NCBI GenBank assembly: GCA_964364055.1
Contig: CAYILT010000002.1
Coordinates: 1 to 58,026 of the forward strand
From: an uncultured Nitrospiraceae bacterium
GTDB lineage: Bacteria > Nitrospirota > UBA9217
Direction of reading: 5' to 3'
DNA: 58,026 nucleotides
Part shown: piece by piece, positions 36,513-45,831 of the stretch
Layout of the letters: each line of letters starts with the position of its first letter
Position numbering within the stretch: position 1 is the stretch's first letter
Notes under the pieces: generated by a model
Database searches by the model: none
Told to the model about the DNA's origin: nothing
The model's input: the letters and a program-made list of their open reading frames with translations, nothing else
Position numbers and translations under genes: made by a program

Positions 36513-37520
36513 TCATTTGTCATCCCCTCCTTTTGCTATCTTGAGCAGCGCGTTCACGATCGCCACCGCCACGGGCGTGCCGCCTTTCCTCCCTGCCGCA
36601 GTGATAAAGGGGAATTGCCGGGAAGCAAGCAGCGCCTTTGATTCAACGGCCTTCACAAACCCCACGGGCACGCCGACCACCAGGGGCAGCTGCCGACCGG
36701 CAAAGGCTGGTAAGCTGAACAGCTCGATCACCTTCAGCAGGGCGGTGGGAGCGTTCCCGATGGCAATGATGCCGATACTGTTGTTTTCCCGCAACGCGGA
36801 CTCCATCCCGATCTCGGCCTTAGTCAGGACACCTGACTCCTGGCTCCTGGCCTCCGCCTCCTGTATCTTGCAGACGACCTTTCCGCCCCAGCGGCTCAGG
36901 AGCTTTTTGTTGATGCCGGTTCGCACCATTTCTACGTCCGTCAGAATGTCCTTTCCCGCCTTGATCGCGGCAAGCCCCGTCGCGACCGCGTCAGGGTGGA
37001 ACATCAGCGTGTCTTTGAAATCGAAATCCGCCGTGGCATGGATGACGCGCTGCACAATGGGCAGGCGGTCAACGGGGATGCCGCTCAGGTCGGCCTCTGC
37101 GGAAAGGATGTCGAAGCTTCTCTTTTCTATGGCGGCGGGCGCCAGGACCTCCGCGGCGCTGATCCGCTCCATCACAATGTGGGCCAATTTTTCGTGGATG
37201 CCGAGCGGCTCGGTATAGATGAAGGTCACTCCGGGATACAGCCCCCGCGCCTCATCGATCATTTCCGGGATGTCCCTGGTCACGTGCATCCCCGAGCTCA
37301 GGAAAAAGGGATGGAGAATGATCTTCTTCGCGCCCTTTTCCACGCGGTCCTTGATGGTGTCCATGATGCCCGGCTCTGCAAACTGGAGGTAGGCAACCTT
37401 GACGCAGTTCTCTCTGCATCCGGCATGCAGCATGTTGTGCAGCATCTCTGCCACGCGTTCCAGGTTATTTGCGCCTTGTTTCGGACTGCCATGGCCGAGC
37501 AGCAGTATGCTTTCCTTCAT
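36513..37520 (-). CDS. CbiX (small sirohydrochlorin cobaltochelatase) - CbiC (cobalt-precorrin-8 methylmutase) fusion
   Basis: N-terminus ILLLGHGSPKQGAN...ILHPFFLSSGMHVTRDIPE (CbiX). C-terminus RVIHATADFDF and IAIGNAPTAL (CbiC). Confidence 0.8.
   Translation of the reverse strand: MKESILLLGHGSPKQGANNLERVAEMLHNMLHAGCRENCVKVAYLQFAEPGIMDTIKDRVEKGAKKIILHPFFLSSGMHVTRDIPEMIDEARGLYPGVTFIYTEPLGIHEKLAHIVMERISAAEVLAPAAIEKRSFDILSAEADLSGIPVDRLPIVQRVIHATADFDFKDTLMFHPDAVATGLAAIKAGKDILTDVEMVRTGINKKLLSRWGGKVVCKIQEAEARSQESGVLTKAEIGMESALRENNSIGIIAIGNAPTALLKVIELFSLPAFAGRQLPLVVGVPVGFVKAVESKALLASRQFPFITAAGRKGGTPVAVAIVNALLKIAKGGDDK
36832..36863. repeat. Heptanucleotide tract (CTCCTGG-type) inside the cbiX-cbiC fusion
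   Basis: Encodes QEAEARSQESGV. Confidence 0.75.
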
Positions 37521-37587
37521 GCGCTTCTTTCTCCTTTAAATCCGCGTGTTGAACGCCGTTGCAGATAGCCTGCCAAACAGGACCGTC

Positions 37588-38181
37588 TCATTTTCCTTGC
37601 TTTAAGCTCACCTGAGATAAGATATTTCTGTAGAAGACTATAAGTCTTTTATTGATTGGCGAGAAAAATTCTTTCAATACGAAAACTATCGCGGTGGAAA
37701 TGAGACTAACCACGATAGATCCTGCCACATCAAAGGGGAAGTGTACACCCGCAAATACTCTCGTTAGGCCGCCAATTAATGCAAGTAACGCTAATATAAT
37801 TCCGGTTTTTCCGGATACATTAAAGGCAATGAACGCAAAGGCGATAGAGAACATAAATGTCGTATGATCAGAAGGGAAAGACGTTTCAGGAGCGTGTGCA
37901 ACAAGCTGCCTTCCCAGATGCATCATAAAAGGCCGGGGATAAAAATAAAAAAGGGTTATTAAAAGATTGATGAGCAAGGCAAGAAGCGTACTGTAACCAA
38001 CCAGCAAGATGCCTGTTTTGGAAGCGTCATCCTTTTTGAAAAACCAATAATACATCATCACCGGAATAAAAATAAAAGGTAAGTATTCTGCAATCAACTT
38101 TGCGGTTGTATCAATGCAGGTATTATATCCCGCAAATTTATTGATACTGTGAAATAGCGAATAATTCATTTTCTGCAGCAT
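37588..38181 (-). CDS. PAP2-family phosphatase (undecaprenyl-diphosphatase-like)
   Basis: SFPSDHT...GVHFPFD acid-phosphatase motifs; membrane protein; visibly AT-rich DNA. Confidence 0.7.
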   Translation of the reverse strand: MLQKMNYSLFHSINKFAGYNTCIDTTAKLIAEYLPFIFIPVMMYYWFFKKDDASKTGILLVGYSTLLALLINLLITLFYFYPRPFMMHLGRQLVAHAPETSFPSDHTTFMFSIAFAFIAFNVSGKTGIILALLALIGGLTRVFAGVHFPFDVAGSIVVSLISTAIVFVLKEFFSPINKRLIVFYRNILSQVSLKQGK

Positions 38182-39522
38182 TTATGTCTCCGCTCTCTTG
38201 GAAACAATTGTATTCACCATGACAATGCTGAATACGAGCCATGCAAACCCCGCGGCATATCCACCGAGAACATCCGTCAGCCAGTGGACATTCAGGTAGA
38301 CGCGGCTTAACCCGACAAGGAAAATCAGGAAAATCGACACAAACAAGAGCATCAGCTTCGCTATCCTGAGTTGACCCATTCCCCATATCAGATACATGAA
38401 AAAACCATAAATCATCATGGCTGAAAATGCATGGCCGCTTGGAAAACTATAGCCGTATGCCATAACAAGCTGCGGCATTGGCCGTGGCCGGTGAAAAAGG
38501 AGCTTTAAAAGAAGCAAAATAGCTCCTCCTCCACCAGTCGCCAGGAAGAGGGTAAAAAGCCTCCGCCAGTGCCTTTTATACAAAAGATAGAGAGCCATCA
38601 CAACAGCCATAGTCACGGTAAAAAAGACACCGCCAAGATTGGTTATTTTTACCATGAACCTTGTTACATCAGGGCTTATTATTCCTTCTATAAACCTCTG
38701 TATCTTGAAGTCAAGGTAAAATAGCGTCTCCCTGTCTATCAAATCCTCAACTATCTCGCCAAAAGAAAAAAGGGCAAGGGCGAGAAAGAGAATGCCCGTT
38801 GTAAGATTCCATCCATACCAGCTGCCTGTACTGAAACGACCTTTCACAAAGTCCCATGTTTTCGGTATTTGAGAGTATAGCTTCCTGTCCATCCAGCCGA
38901 TCTTTTCCTTAATCGTTCGTTTCTTTCTGGTAAGAAGAAAATAAGAATATACGATGATAATTCCGCATAGGAACGCAAAAACACCCATGCGCCCGAGATA
39001 TACCGCTAGTATGTCCCAACTATTGCCGACAAAATAGCCTGTCAATGAGAACGTTGTCGCCCACAATACGCCGCCAGCCACATTGAAAAAAAGAAATTTC
39101 GCGTAAGGCATTTTCAATATGCCTGCAACAACCGGTGCAAAGGCCCTGAGCCATGCCATAAAACGGCCAAAGAACACGGCCTTTCCACCGTGTTTATCAA
39201 AGAATCCTTTAGCCTCATCAAGATATTCCTTTTTAAAAAAGAAGTATTTACCGTATTTCAGAAAAAATACTTCTCCAAACCTCTTGCCGATAAAGTATCC
39301 CGCCGTGTCACCCATTATTGCGCCAAGTGAGGCAACCCAGATTATATCGCCTATTTCAAGCACCCCTCTTGACGCCAAGAGCCCGGCTATAACCACCATA
39401 CTTTCACCGGGTACAAGAAAGCCGACAAACGCCGAGGTCTCAAGAAAAGTCATCAGAAGCAAAGCATAATATCCCCAGTGATTAAGATGAGGGAGAAGTA
39501 ATTCTGTGATTTTAGACTCCAT
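38182..39522 (-). CDS. DedA/VTT-domain - PAP2 phosphatase fusion membrane protein
   Basis: N-terminal DedA-like segment (FLETSAFVGFLVPGE). C-terminal PAP2 motifs SFPSGHA...RVYLNVHWLTDV. Confidence 0.7.
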   Translation of the reverse strand: MESKITELLLPHLNHWGYYALLLMTFLETSAFVGFLVPGESMVVIAGLLASRGVLEIGDIIWVASLGAIMGDTAGYFIGKRFGEVFFLKYGKYFFFKKEYLDEAKGFFDKHGGKAVFFGRFMAWLRAFAPVVAGILKMPYAKFLFFNVAGGVLWATTFSLTGYFVGNSWDILAVYLGRMGVFAFLCGIIIVYSYFLLTRKKRTIKEKIGWMDRKLYSQIPKTWDFVKGRFSTGSWYGWNLTTGILFLALALFSFGEIVEDLIDRETLFYLDFKIQRFIEGIISPDVTRFMVKITNLGGVFFTVTMAVVMALYLLYKRHWRRLFTLFLATGGGGAILLLLKLLFHRPRPMPQLVMAYGYSFPSGHAFSAMMIYGFFMYLIWGMGQLRIAKLMLLFVSIFLIFLVGLSRVYLNVHWLTDVLGGYAAGFAWLVFSIVMVNTIVSKRAET

Positions 39523-39530
39523 TATCTACC

Positions 39531-40937
39531 TTATCTACCTTCGCTTATAAAGGCTGCGAAATTGGCCGCGATACGCCGGTTGCTGCCGAAGTGCACATGG
39601 ATGTAGCTCGCAAGGGTGCCTTTATATTTGAACCCCTCATCTGACAGATGGTTGCCCGACGCGTTCGTTACGGAATAGACATTCCCCTGCCCCCCGACCC
39701 CTGACCCCTGACCCCTGCCTTCCAGTATTTCCGAATAATGGAACTCATGGCCCCGGTACTTCTCACCCTTGCTCCCCAGGATACAGTGTTCGTTCAAGAC
39801 GATTTCCCGGTAGCCCAGGCGCGGTTTCCTCATCATCCGCGTTTCGAAGGGGAACACTCCTGCCATGCCAAAGAGCGTGTTGTCAAAGTCGCGAATGCCT
39901 CTCGAAAGATACATCAATCCGCCGCATTCCGCGTACAACGGTTTGCCTGCATCGACCCATGCGCGCACGGACTCACGCATGGAGCTATTGCCCGATAGCG
40001 CGGCTGCATGAAGCTCGGGATACCCGCCTCCGATATAAACACCGTCCGCTGCGCCGGGGATGGCCGGATCGACAAGAGGACTGAACCGGATGATCTCGGC
40101 GCCTGCATCGCGAAGCAGGTCCAGGTTGTCCTCATAGTAGAAACTGAATGCCCGGTCATAGGCTACGGCAATGCGAATTGCGGATTTCGGATTGCGGATT
40201 GCGGATTGCTTTTTTGCCTGCCTGTCCCATCCCCCGGTATCCAGCGTGGCCGATTCATAGACCATATCGATGTCGATGTGCTTCAGGATCGTGTCAGCAA
40301 GCCTATCTATATTCGCCTTGGTGAGGGGGTCCTCCTCTGCGATCATAAGCCCGAGATGCCGGTGCGGGATTTCAAGGTCCATCTCTCGCGGGAGATACCC
40401 CAGAACAGGCACCGTACGAACGCTGTCTCTCAGGCGTGCAAAATGGCTCTCCGAAGCAACGCGATTGAAAATGACGCCGGCGAACTTCAATCCGCAATCC
40501 GCAACCCTCGGCCTGAGCTCGGGTCGAAGGCTCCGCACTCCGAACTCGGTAAACCCCTTCACCATTGCCCCTGCGCTCTCTGCCATGCCGTAGGCATCGA
40601 CAACAAGCACAACAGGCGCCTGCAGAAGCACCGCCAGCGACGCCGTGCTTCGGTCGCCATCGTACATCCCCATGACGCCTTCGATCACCGCAAGATCGGC
40701 ATCTGCGGCATGCCTCCTGAAGCACCGGCGCACATAGTCCTGGCCGCACATCCACAGGTCCAGATTTCTGGACGGCCTGTCCACGACAAGCCGATGCAGG
40801 CCAGCATCGATGAAGTCCGGTCCTGCTTTGAAGGGCTGGACCACAAGCCCCTTCTTCCGCAGGGCCGCCATGATGCCGAGTGACACCGTTGTCTTGCCGC
40901 ACCCGCTGTGAGTCCCCGCGATGACTATCCCGCGCAT
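39531..40937 (-). CDS. cbiA: Cobyrinic acid a,c-diamide synthase
   Basis: MRGIVIAGTHSGCGKTTVSLGIMAAL; GATase part YAECGGLMYL. Three repeat-encoded inserts. Confidence 0.88.
   Translation of the reverse strand: MRGIVIAGTHSGCGKTTVSLGIMAALRKKGLVVQPFKAGPDFIDAGLHRLVVDRPSRNLDLWMCGQDYVRRCFRRHAADADLAVIEGVMGMYDGDRSTASLAVLLQAPVVLVVDAYGMAESAGAMVKGFTEFGVRSLRPELRPRVADCGLKFAGVIFNRVASESHFARLRDSVRTVPVLGYLPREMDLEIPHRHLGLMIAEEDPLTKANIDRLADTILKHIDIDMVYESATLDTGGWDRQAKKQSAIRNPKSAIRIAVAYDRAFSFYYEDNLDLLRDAGAEIIRFSPLVDPAIPGAADGVYIGGGYPELHAAALSGNSSMRESVRAWVDAGKPLYAECGGLMYLSRGIRDFDNTLFGMAGVFPFETRMMRKPRLGYREIVLNEHCILGSKGEKYRGHEFHYSEILEGRGQGSGVGGQGNVYSVTNASGNHLSDEGFKYKGTLASYIHVHFGSNRRIAANFAAFISEGR
39684..39719. repeat. 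Heptanucleotide tract (GACCCCT-type) inside cbiA
   Basis: Encodes GRGQGSGVGGQG. Confidence 0.8.
40171..40208. repeat. Heptanucleotide tract (ATTGCGG-type) inside cbiA
   Basis: Encodes KQSAIRNPKSAIRIA. Confidence 0.85.
40488..40549. repeat. Composite 60-bp element inside cbiA
   Basis: The core GCAACCCTCGGCCTGAGCTCGGGTCGAAGGCTCCGCACTCC is identical to both cobQ copies. Encodes RSLRPELRPRVADCGL. Confidence 0.9.
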
Positions 40938-41983
40938 AGTTCCCCCAGCTCCTTCACCAGCCGGCTGTTCTCATGCCGCGACCGAACAGCAACGCGCACA
41001 TAGGAGTTATCGAGGCCTGCGAAGTTCGAGCAGTCCCTCACCAGGACCCCCTTCTTCCTGAGCGCTGATACGACCTCGTTCCCGCAGGAGTGCCTGAGCA
41101 GATAGTAATTCGCCGACGAAGGAAAGAACTCGATGCCGAGGTCCCGGAAGCCCTGTTCGAGGTATCCCTTCTCCGCGGAGATCACCGCCGTCGTCCTCTC
41201 CTGGTATGACCGGTCCCGGATCGCCGTCGCAGCGGCCATCTGCGCCAGCGTGTTGACGGTCCAGGGTTCCTTGTGGCCCCTGACCCGCTGAACGACCTGG
41301 TCCGGGAAAATGCCGTATCCGATCCGGAGGCCCGAGAGCGCATAGAACTTCGTGAGCGACCGCAGCACGATCAGGTGGGAATTTCCCTCCACGCCTCTCG
41401 CCAGCGACTGGTCCGGCGTGAAATCAATGAACGCCTCGTCCACCACAAGGAGGCAGTCTGCGCGCTTCGCCGCCCGGGCAAGGTCGAGCACAGCCTCCCG
41501 TTCCATCAGCCTGCCGGTGGGATTGTTCGGGTTGCACAGGAATGCCATGTTGCATCCCGCCATGGCCGCGATGAACTGTCCGAGATCGATCGCGAAACCG
41601 TCCTGCGAAGACAGGTCGTAGCGGGTGCAGAACGCGCCCTCGTTCAGGACACAGGCACGCTCATATTCCGAGAAGGTGGGCGCGGGGATCATTACGCGCC
41701 CCGGCCGAAGAGCCCGAACGAGGAGATAGATCAGCTCCGTGCTGCCGTTGCCGCAGACGAGGCTTCGCGCAGGCACCCCCAGGTGCTGCGACAGGTCCCG
41801 GCTGATGCCGTCGGCAAAGGGGTCCGGATAATGGACCAGCAGCCCGATGTTCTCCCGGATCGTCCTTGCGACGGAGTCCGGCACGCCGAGCGGATTGATC
41901 GACGCGCTGAAGTCCAGCAGCTCGCTCACCGGGATGCCGGTCTCTAACGATGCCTGGAAGACGTTGCCGCCATGTCCCGTCAT
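40925..41983 (-). CDS. cobD: Threonine-phosphate decarboxylase
   Basis: Start moved to MTGHGGNVFQASLETGIPVSELLDFSASINPLGVP. PLP aminotransferase class I/II fold. Confidence 0.85.
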   Translation of the reverse strand: MTGHGGNVFQASLETGIPVSELLDFSASINPLGVPDSVARTIRENIGLLVHYPDPFADGISRDLSQHLGVPARSLVCGNGSTELIYLLVRALRPGRVMIPAPTFSEYERACVLNEGAFCTRYDLSSQDGFAIDLGQFIAAMAGCNMAFLCNPNNPTGRLMEREAVLDLARAAKRADCLLVVDEAFIDFTPDQSLARGVEGNSHLIVLRSLTKFYALSGLRIGYGIFPDQVVQRVRGHKEPWTVNTLAQMAAATAIRDRSYQERTTAVISAEKGYLEQGFRDLGIEFFPSSANYYLLRHSCGNEVVSALRKKGVLVRDCSNFAGLDNSYVRVAVRSRHENSRLVKELGELCAG

Positions 41984-42978
41984 GACATTCCCCGCGCAGC
42001 AATTGCCGCCCCGGCCAGGGCAGCCGCGATTATTGCGGAGACCTTCACCAGCGCCATGGCCTCGTCCGACGCTGGAAGATAATCTTCCCGGCAGGGATCG
42101 CCGATTACGGGTTTGTTGATCAACACGCCGCTGTACACGTTGGGACCGCCGAGCGTCACGCCGATCGCTCCGGCCATGGACGCCTCGGGTACGCCGCTGT
42201 TCGGACTGGGGTGTTTCCTGCCGTCGCGCGCCATGATCGCAAGCGACCTGCGCAAAGCCGCAACGCCCTTCGCCGCGTCCTTCACGCACGCGCTCAGGAA
42301 TGCGGCCACCGCGATGATCAGGCCCGTGAGCCGCGCAGGCAGGTAGTTCGCGGCATCATCGACCCGCGCCGCGGCCCAGCCGAAATAGCGATACCGGTCG
42401 CTCTTGTACCCCACCATGGAGTCGAGCGTGTTGATGGCTTTGTAGGCCATGGCAAGAGGAAGCCCCCCGAGGGCAAGATAGAAGAGCGGCGCGACAATCC
42501 CGTCGGAAAGGTTCTCGGCCAGCGTCTCGATCGTTGCCCTGAGCACGCCCTGCTCCGAAAGTTCGCCGGTGTCTCGGCCCACGATCATGCTCACGTGCTT
42601 CCGCGCCGACTCCAGACTTCCCTCTCTGATCGAAGATATCACGAGACCGGCCGACCGAAGGAGACCATGCGTGGCGATCGTTGTTGCCGTGAGCACGACC
42701 AGCGCCGCGGTCCCGGCAAGGACGGACACCTGCTCCGAAAGACGGTTCAGCAACAGCACGATGACGCCGGTAAGGAAATAGACCGGCGCCACGATCACAA
42801 TAACCAGCACGAAGCCGGCAGTCCGCTCAGCCGCGGGAGAAGCGACTGCGCTCCGGAGTACCCTCTCCATCGTGCTGATGGCGCTGCCGATGAACCTGAC
42901 CGGATGGGGCAGCCAGCGGGGATCTCCGATCAGGAGATCGAGCACGAACGCCAGCAGCAGGACCGTCGCGCTGATCAT
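41980..42978 (-). CDS. cbiB: Adenosylcobinamide-phosphate synthase
   Basis: LLIGDPRWLPHPVRFIGSAIS; polytopic membrane protein. Confidence 0.88.
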   Translation of the reverse strand: MISATVLLLAFVLDLLIGDPRWLPHPVRFIGSAISTMERVLRSAVASPAAERTAGFVLVIVIVAPVYFLTGVIVLLLNRLSEQVSVLAGTAALVVLTATTIATHGLLRSAGLVISSIREGSLESARKHVSMIVGRDTGELSEQGVLRATIETLAENLSDGIVAPLFYLALGGLPLAMAYKAINTLDSMVGYKSDRYRYFGWAAARVDDAANYLPARLTGLIIAVAAFLSACVKDAAKGVAALRRSLAIMARDGRKHPSPNSGVPEASMAGAIGVTLGGPNVYSGVLINKPVIGDPCREDYLPASDEAMALVKVSAIIAAALAGAAIAARGMS

Positions 42979-44642
42979 AGTTTCAGCATCTCCCGGACAA
43001 AATCCATATTCACATGCTCCCGTACGACCCTGGCCAGCCGGTCCAGGGCCTGCTCCTGGAACTCGCTGTACCGTAGCCCGCTCTTGCCGGGAGGAATCCC
43101 CTTCTTTTTTCTGACGTGATCGATGATGCCCCGTCGGAACAGATCGTTGTCGAAGATCCCGTGGAGATAGGTGCCCCAGCAGTTTTTGTTCATCGAGCCG
43201 TCAAGAACAAATGCGGAGTGCGGGTAGACATGACCCTCACCCCTGCCCCTCTCCCCTGGAGGGAGAGGGAAAAAGGGAGAGGGGGCTTTTTCAACGCGGA
43301 ATGCGGAATCAACAGCCGATCTTCTCACTCTGAACAAACCAATATCTCCGGTGCTTGCACCCATGTGAATTTCGTATCCTTTTAAAATATCCTCGCTCTT
43401 CCACTCCACACTCCGCAACCCTCGGCCTGAGCTCGGGTCGAAGGCTCCGCACTCCGCACTTCCCACGATCTCCGCCTCAACGCGGCAGGTCTTCTTTTCA
43501 CTCCCGAAAAGGGTGTCGATATTCAGGAGCCCGATGCCTTCGACGCTCCGATGAACGCTCTCGGTTCCCTGCGGATCGTCGATCCGTCTGCCGAGCATCT
43601 GATAACCGCCGCAGATGCCGATGATCTCCGTTCCCCGGTCATAGGCCCTCCGGATGCAATCAACGAGCCCCTTCTCCTTCAGGAGGAGCAGATCGGTGAC
43701 CGTGTTCTTCGATCCCGGCAGGATGACCAGGTCCGCGCTCTCGATCTCCGAAGGACTGTCTGAATACACAACCTCCGTATCCGGTTCGAGCGCAAGCGGA
43801 TCAAAATCAGTAAAGTTCGAAATATACTTCAGCCTCACGATGACGATTTTTACAGTCTTTCCCTCCGCACTCCGCACTCCGCAACCCTCGGCCTGAGCTC
43901 GGGTCGAAGGCTCCGCACTCCGTGCAAGCGCCAAACCATCCTCCTCCGGAAGCCCCAGGTCCGTGATATAAGGCAGCACGCCGATCACGGGCCTGCCCGC
44001 TTTCTTCCTGATCATGTCGAGGCCGGGATCAAGGATGGTCTTGTCGCCCCGGAACTTGTTGATGATGAATGCCTTGATATGCCTGCTGTCCCGGCCGAGC
44101 AGTTTGACCGTGCCGTAGAGCGACGCGAACACGCCGCCCTTATCGATGTCCGCCACGAGCAGGACCGGCGCCTTCGCGTGCTTCGCCATGGCCATGTTCA
44201 CGATGTCCACATCCAGGAGGTTGATCTCCGCGGGGCTGCCCGCGCCTTCAAGAACGATCAGGTCATGCTGTTCCGCGAGCCGGGCGTAGGACGCGGTCAC
44301 CGCCTTCCATGCGTGGTCGCGGAACGCATAGTATTCCCGCGCCTTCATCGTGGCATGGACCTTGCCGTGGATAATGACCTGTGACCCGCCGTTGCCGGAC
44401 ACCTTGAGCAGCACGGGATTCATGTCGTTCAGAGAATCTACCCGGGCCGCCCGCGCCTGGAGCGCCTGCGCCCTGCCGATCTCTCCGCCCTCGGCGGTGA
44501 TGGAGGAGTTCAGCGCCATGTTCTGCGCCTTGAACGGCGCGACGCTGATCCCCTGATCGCTGAAAATACGACAAAGCGCCGCGACGACCAGGCTCTTGCC
44601 CGCGCCGGACCCCGTGCCCTGTATCATTAACGCCTTAGCCAC
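42975..44642 (-). CDS. cobQ: Cobyric acid synthase
   Basis: Probable GTG start giving (M)AKALMIQGTGSGAGKS. GATase part ICGGYQML. Three repeat-encoded inserts. Confidence 0.88.
   Translation of the reverse strand: MAKALMIQGTGSGAGKSLVVAALCRIFSDQGISVAPFKAQNMALNSSITAEGGEIGRAQALQARAARVDSLNDMNPVLLKVSGNGGSQVIIHGKVHATMKAREYYAFRDHAWKAVTASYARLAEQHDLIVLEGAGSPAEINLLDVDIVNMAMAKHAKAPVLLVADIDKGGVFASLYGTVKLLGRDSRHIKAFIINKFRGDKTILDPGLDMIRKKAGRPVIGVLPYITDLGLPEEDGLALARSAEPSTRAQAEGCGVRSAEGKTVKIVIVRLKYISNFTDFDPLALEPDTEVVYSDSPSEIESADLVILPGSKNTVTDLLLLKEKGLVDCIRRAYDRGTEIIGICGGYQMLGRRIDDPQGTESVHRSVEGIGLLNIDTLFGSEKKTCRVEAEIVGSAECGAFDPSSGRGLRSVEWKSEDILKGYEIHMGASTGDIGLFRVRRSAVDSAFRVEKAPSPFFPLPPGERGRGEGHVYPHSAFVLDGSMNKNCWGTYLHGIFDNDLFRRGIIDHVRKKKGIPPGKSGLRYSEFQEQALDRLARVVREHVNMDFVREMLKL
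43234..43285. repeat. G/C-rich palindromic element inside cobQ
   Basis: CCCTCACCCCTGCCCCTCTCCCCTGGAGGGAGAGGG...GGGAGAGGGGG. Encodes PSPFFPLPPGERGRGEGH. Confidence 0.7.
43402..43460. repeat. Composite 60-bp element inside cobQ (copy 2)
   Basis: Same 41-nt core. Encodes ECGAFDPSSGRGLRSVEW. Confidence 0.9.
43863..43922. repeat. Composite 60-bp element inside cobQ (copy 1)
   Basis: Same 41-nt core. Encodes SAEPSTRAQAEGCGVRSAE. Confidence 0.9.
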
Positions 44643-44730
44643 TCGACCCCCTGAGCGGAGACAACGGCACGGCAATCCCGTCCCCCGTGAATCGTCCGCA
44701 TGGTTTCGCACAGTTGATGCTGATTCACCA

Positions 44731-45831
44731 TCAGGCATCCTTCTCCGATACCCCTGCCTCGCCGAAGGTGGCCATCTCGCGGTATATCTTGACTCCCGCC
44801 TCGATCATCTGCATTGCCAGCGCCGCGCCGGTACCCTCGCCGAGCCGGAGCGAGAAATCGAGGATCGGCACCAGCCCCATCTTCCCGAGCATGGCCCGCT
44901 GCCCCTGTTCGACCGAATAATGGGCCGAGAACATATAATCCACCGTCGCAGGTTCGATCTCATAAGCGATCATGGCCCCGGCTGTGGAAATGAACCCGTC
45001 CACGATCACGGGGATCCGCTCCGCCGCCGCGCCCAGGATGAGGCCCGCAATGCCGCCGATCTCCGCTCCGCCCACCTTGGCGAGCACGTCAATAGGGTCC
45101 TTCGCATCAGGCCGGTTCAGCGCGATGCTCTCCTCAATGACCGCGACCTTCCGCTGGAGGCCTGCGTCGTCGATCCCCGTGCCCCTGCCCGTCACGTTAT
45201 TCACCGGCGCGCCGGTCAGCACCGATGCGATGGCGCTCGACGGCGTGGTGTTGCCGATGCCCATGTCGCCGGTGCCGAAAATGCGGTAGCCCTTCTGTGC
45301 GTATTCCCGGGCGAGGTCGATCCCGACTTGGAGGCACTGCTCCGCCTCGGCCCGCGTCATGGCGGGACCAATGCGCATGTTCTTCGTGCCGCGCACGACC
45401 TTTCGCGACATCAACCCGGGCGTCTCGCCGAAATCGTGATCCACACCGATGTCCACCACCACGACCTCGGCCCCGGCGTGGCGCGCCAGCACATTGATCC
45501 CCGCGCCGCCGCGCAGGAAGTTGAACACCATCTGCGGCGTGACCTCCTTGGGGAACGCTGAGACGCCGTCCGCGGTGACGCCGTGGTCTCCCACAAACGT
45601 GAAAACGACCTTTTTGTCCAGCGTCGGCATCGTGTCCCCGGTGATCGCCACGATCCTGCGCGCAAACTCCTCGAGCCTGCCGAGGCTTCCCAGCGGCTTG
45701 GTCAGGTTGTCCAGCCGCTTCTGCGCAATCTCGTAGAGCGATGATTGCACGGGTTGTATCCTGCCGCGAATGTCGCTGAACGCCTGCGCCCCGGAAGCGG
45801 TTTCTTTACCAGCTGTTCTTTCCTTATTCAT
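44731..45831 (-). CDS. cobT: Nicotinate-nucleotide:dimethylbenzimidazole phosphoribosyltransferase
   Basis: [18 protein letters not shown]...GDMGIGNTT. Confidence 0.9.
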   Translation of the reverse strand: MNKERTAGKETASGAQAFSDIRGRIQPVQSSLYEIAQKRLDNLTKPLGSLGRLEEFARRIVAITGDTMPTLDKKVVFTFVGDHGVTADGVSAFPKEVTPQMVFNFLRGGAGINVLARHAGAEVVVVDIGVDHDFGETPGLMSRKVVRGTKNMRIGPAMTRAEAEQCLQVGIDLAREYAQKGYRIFGTGDMGIGNTTPSSAIASVLTGAPVNNVTGRGTGIDDAGLQRKVAVIEESIALNRPDAKDPIDVLAKVGGAEIGGIAGLILGAAAERIPVIVDGFISTAGAMIAYEIEPATVDYMFSAHYSVEQGQRAMLGKMGLVPILDFSLRLGEGTGAALAMQMIEAGVKIYREMATFGEAGVSEKDA

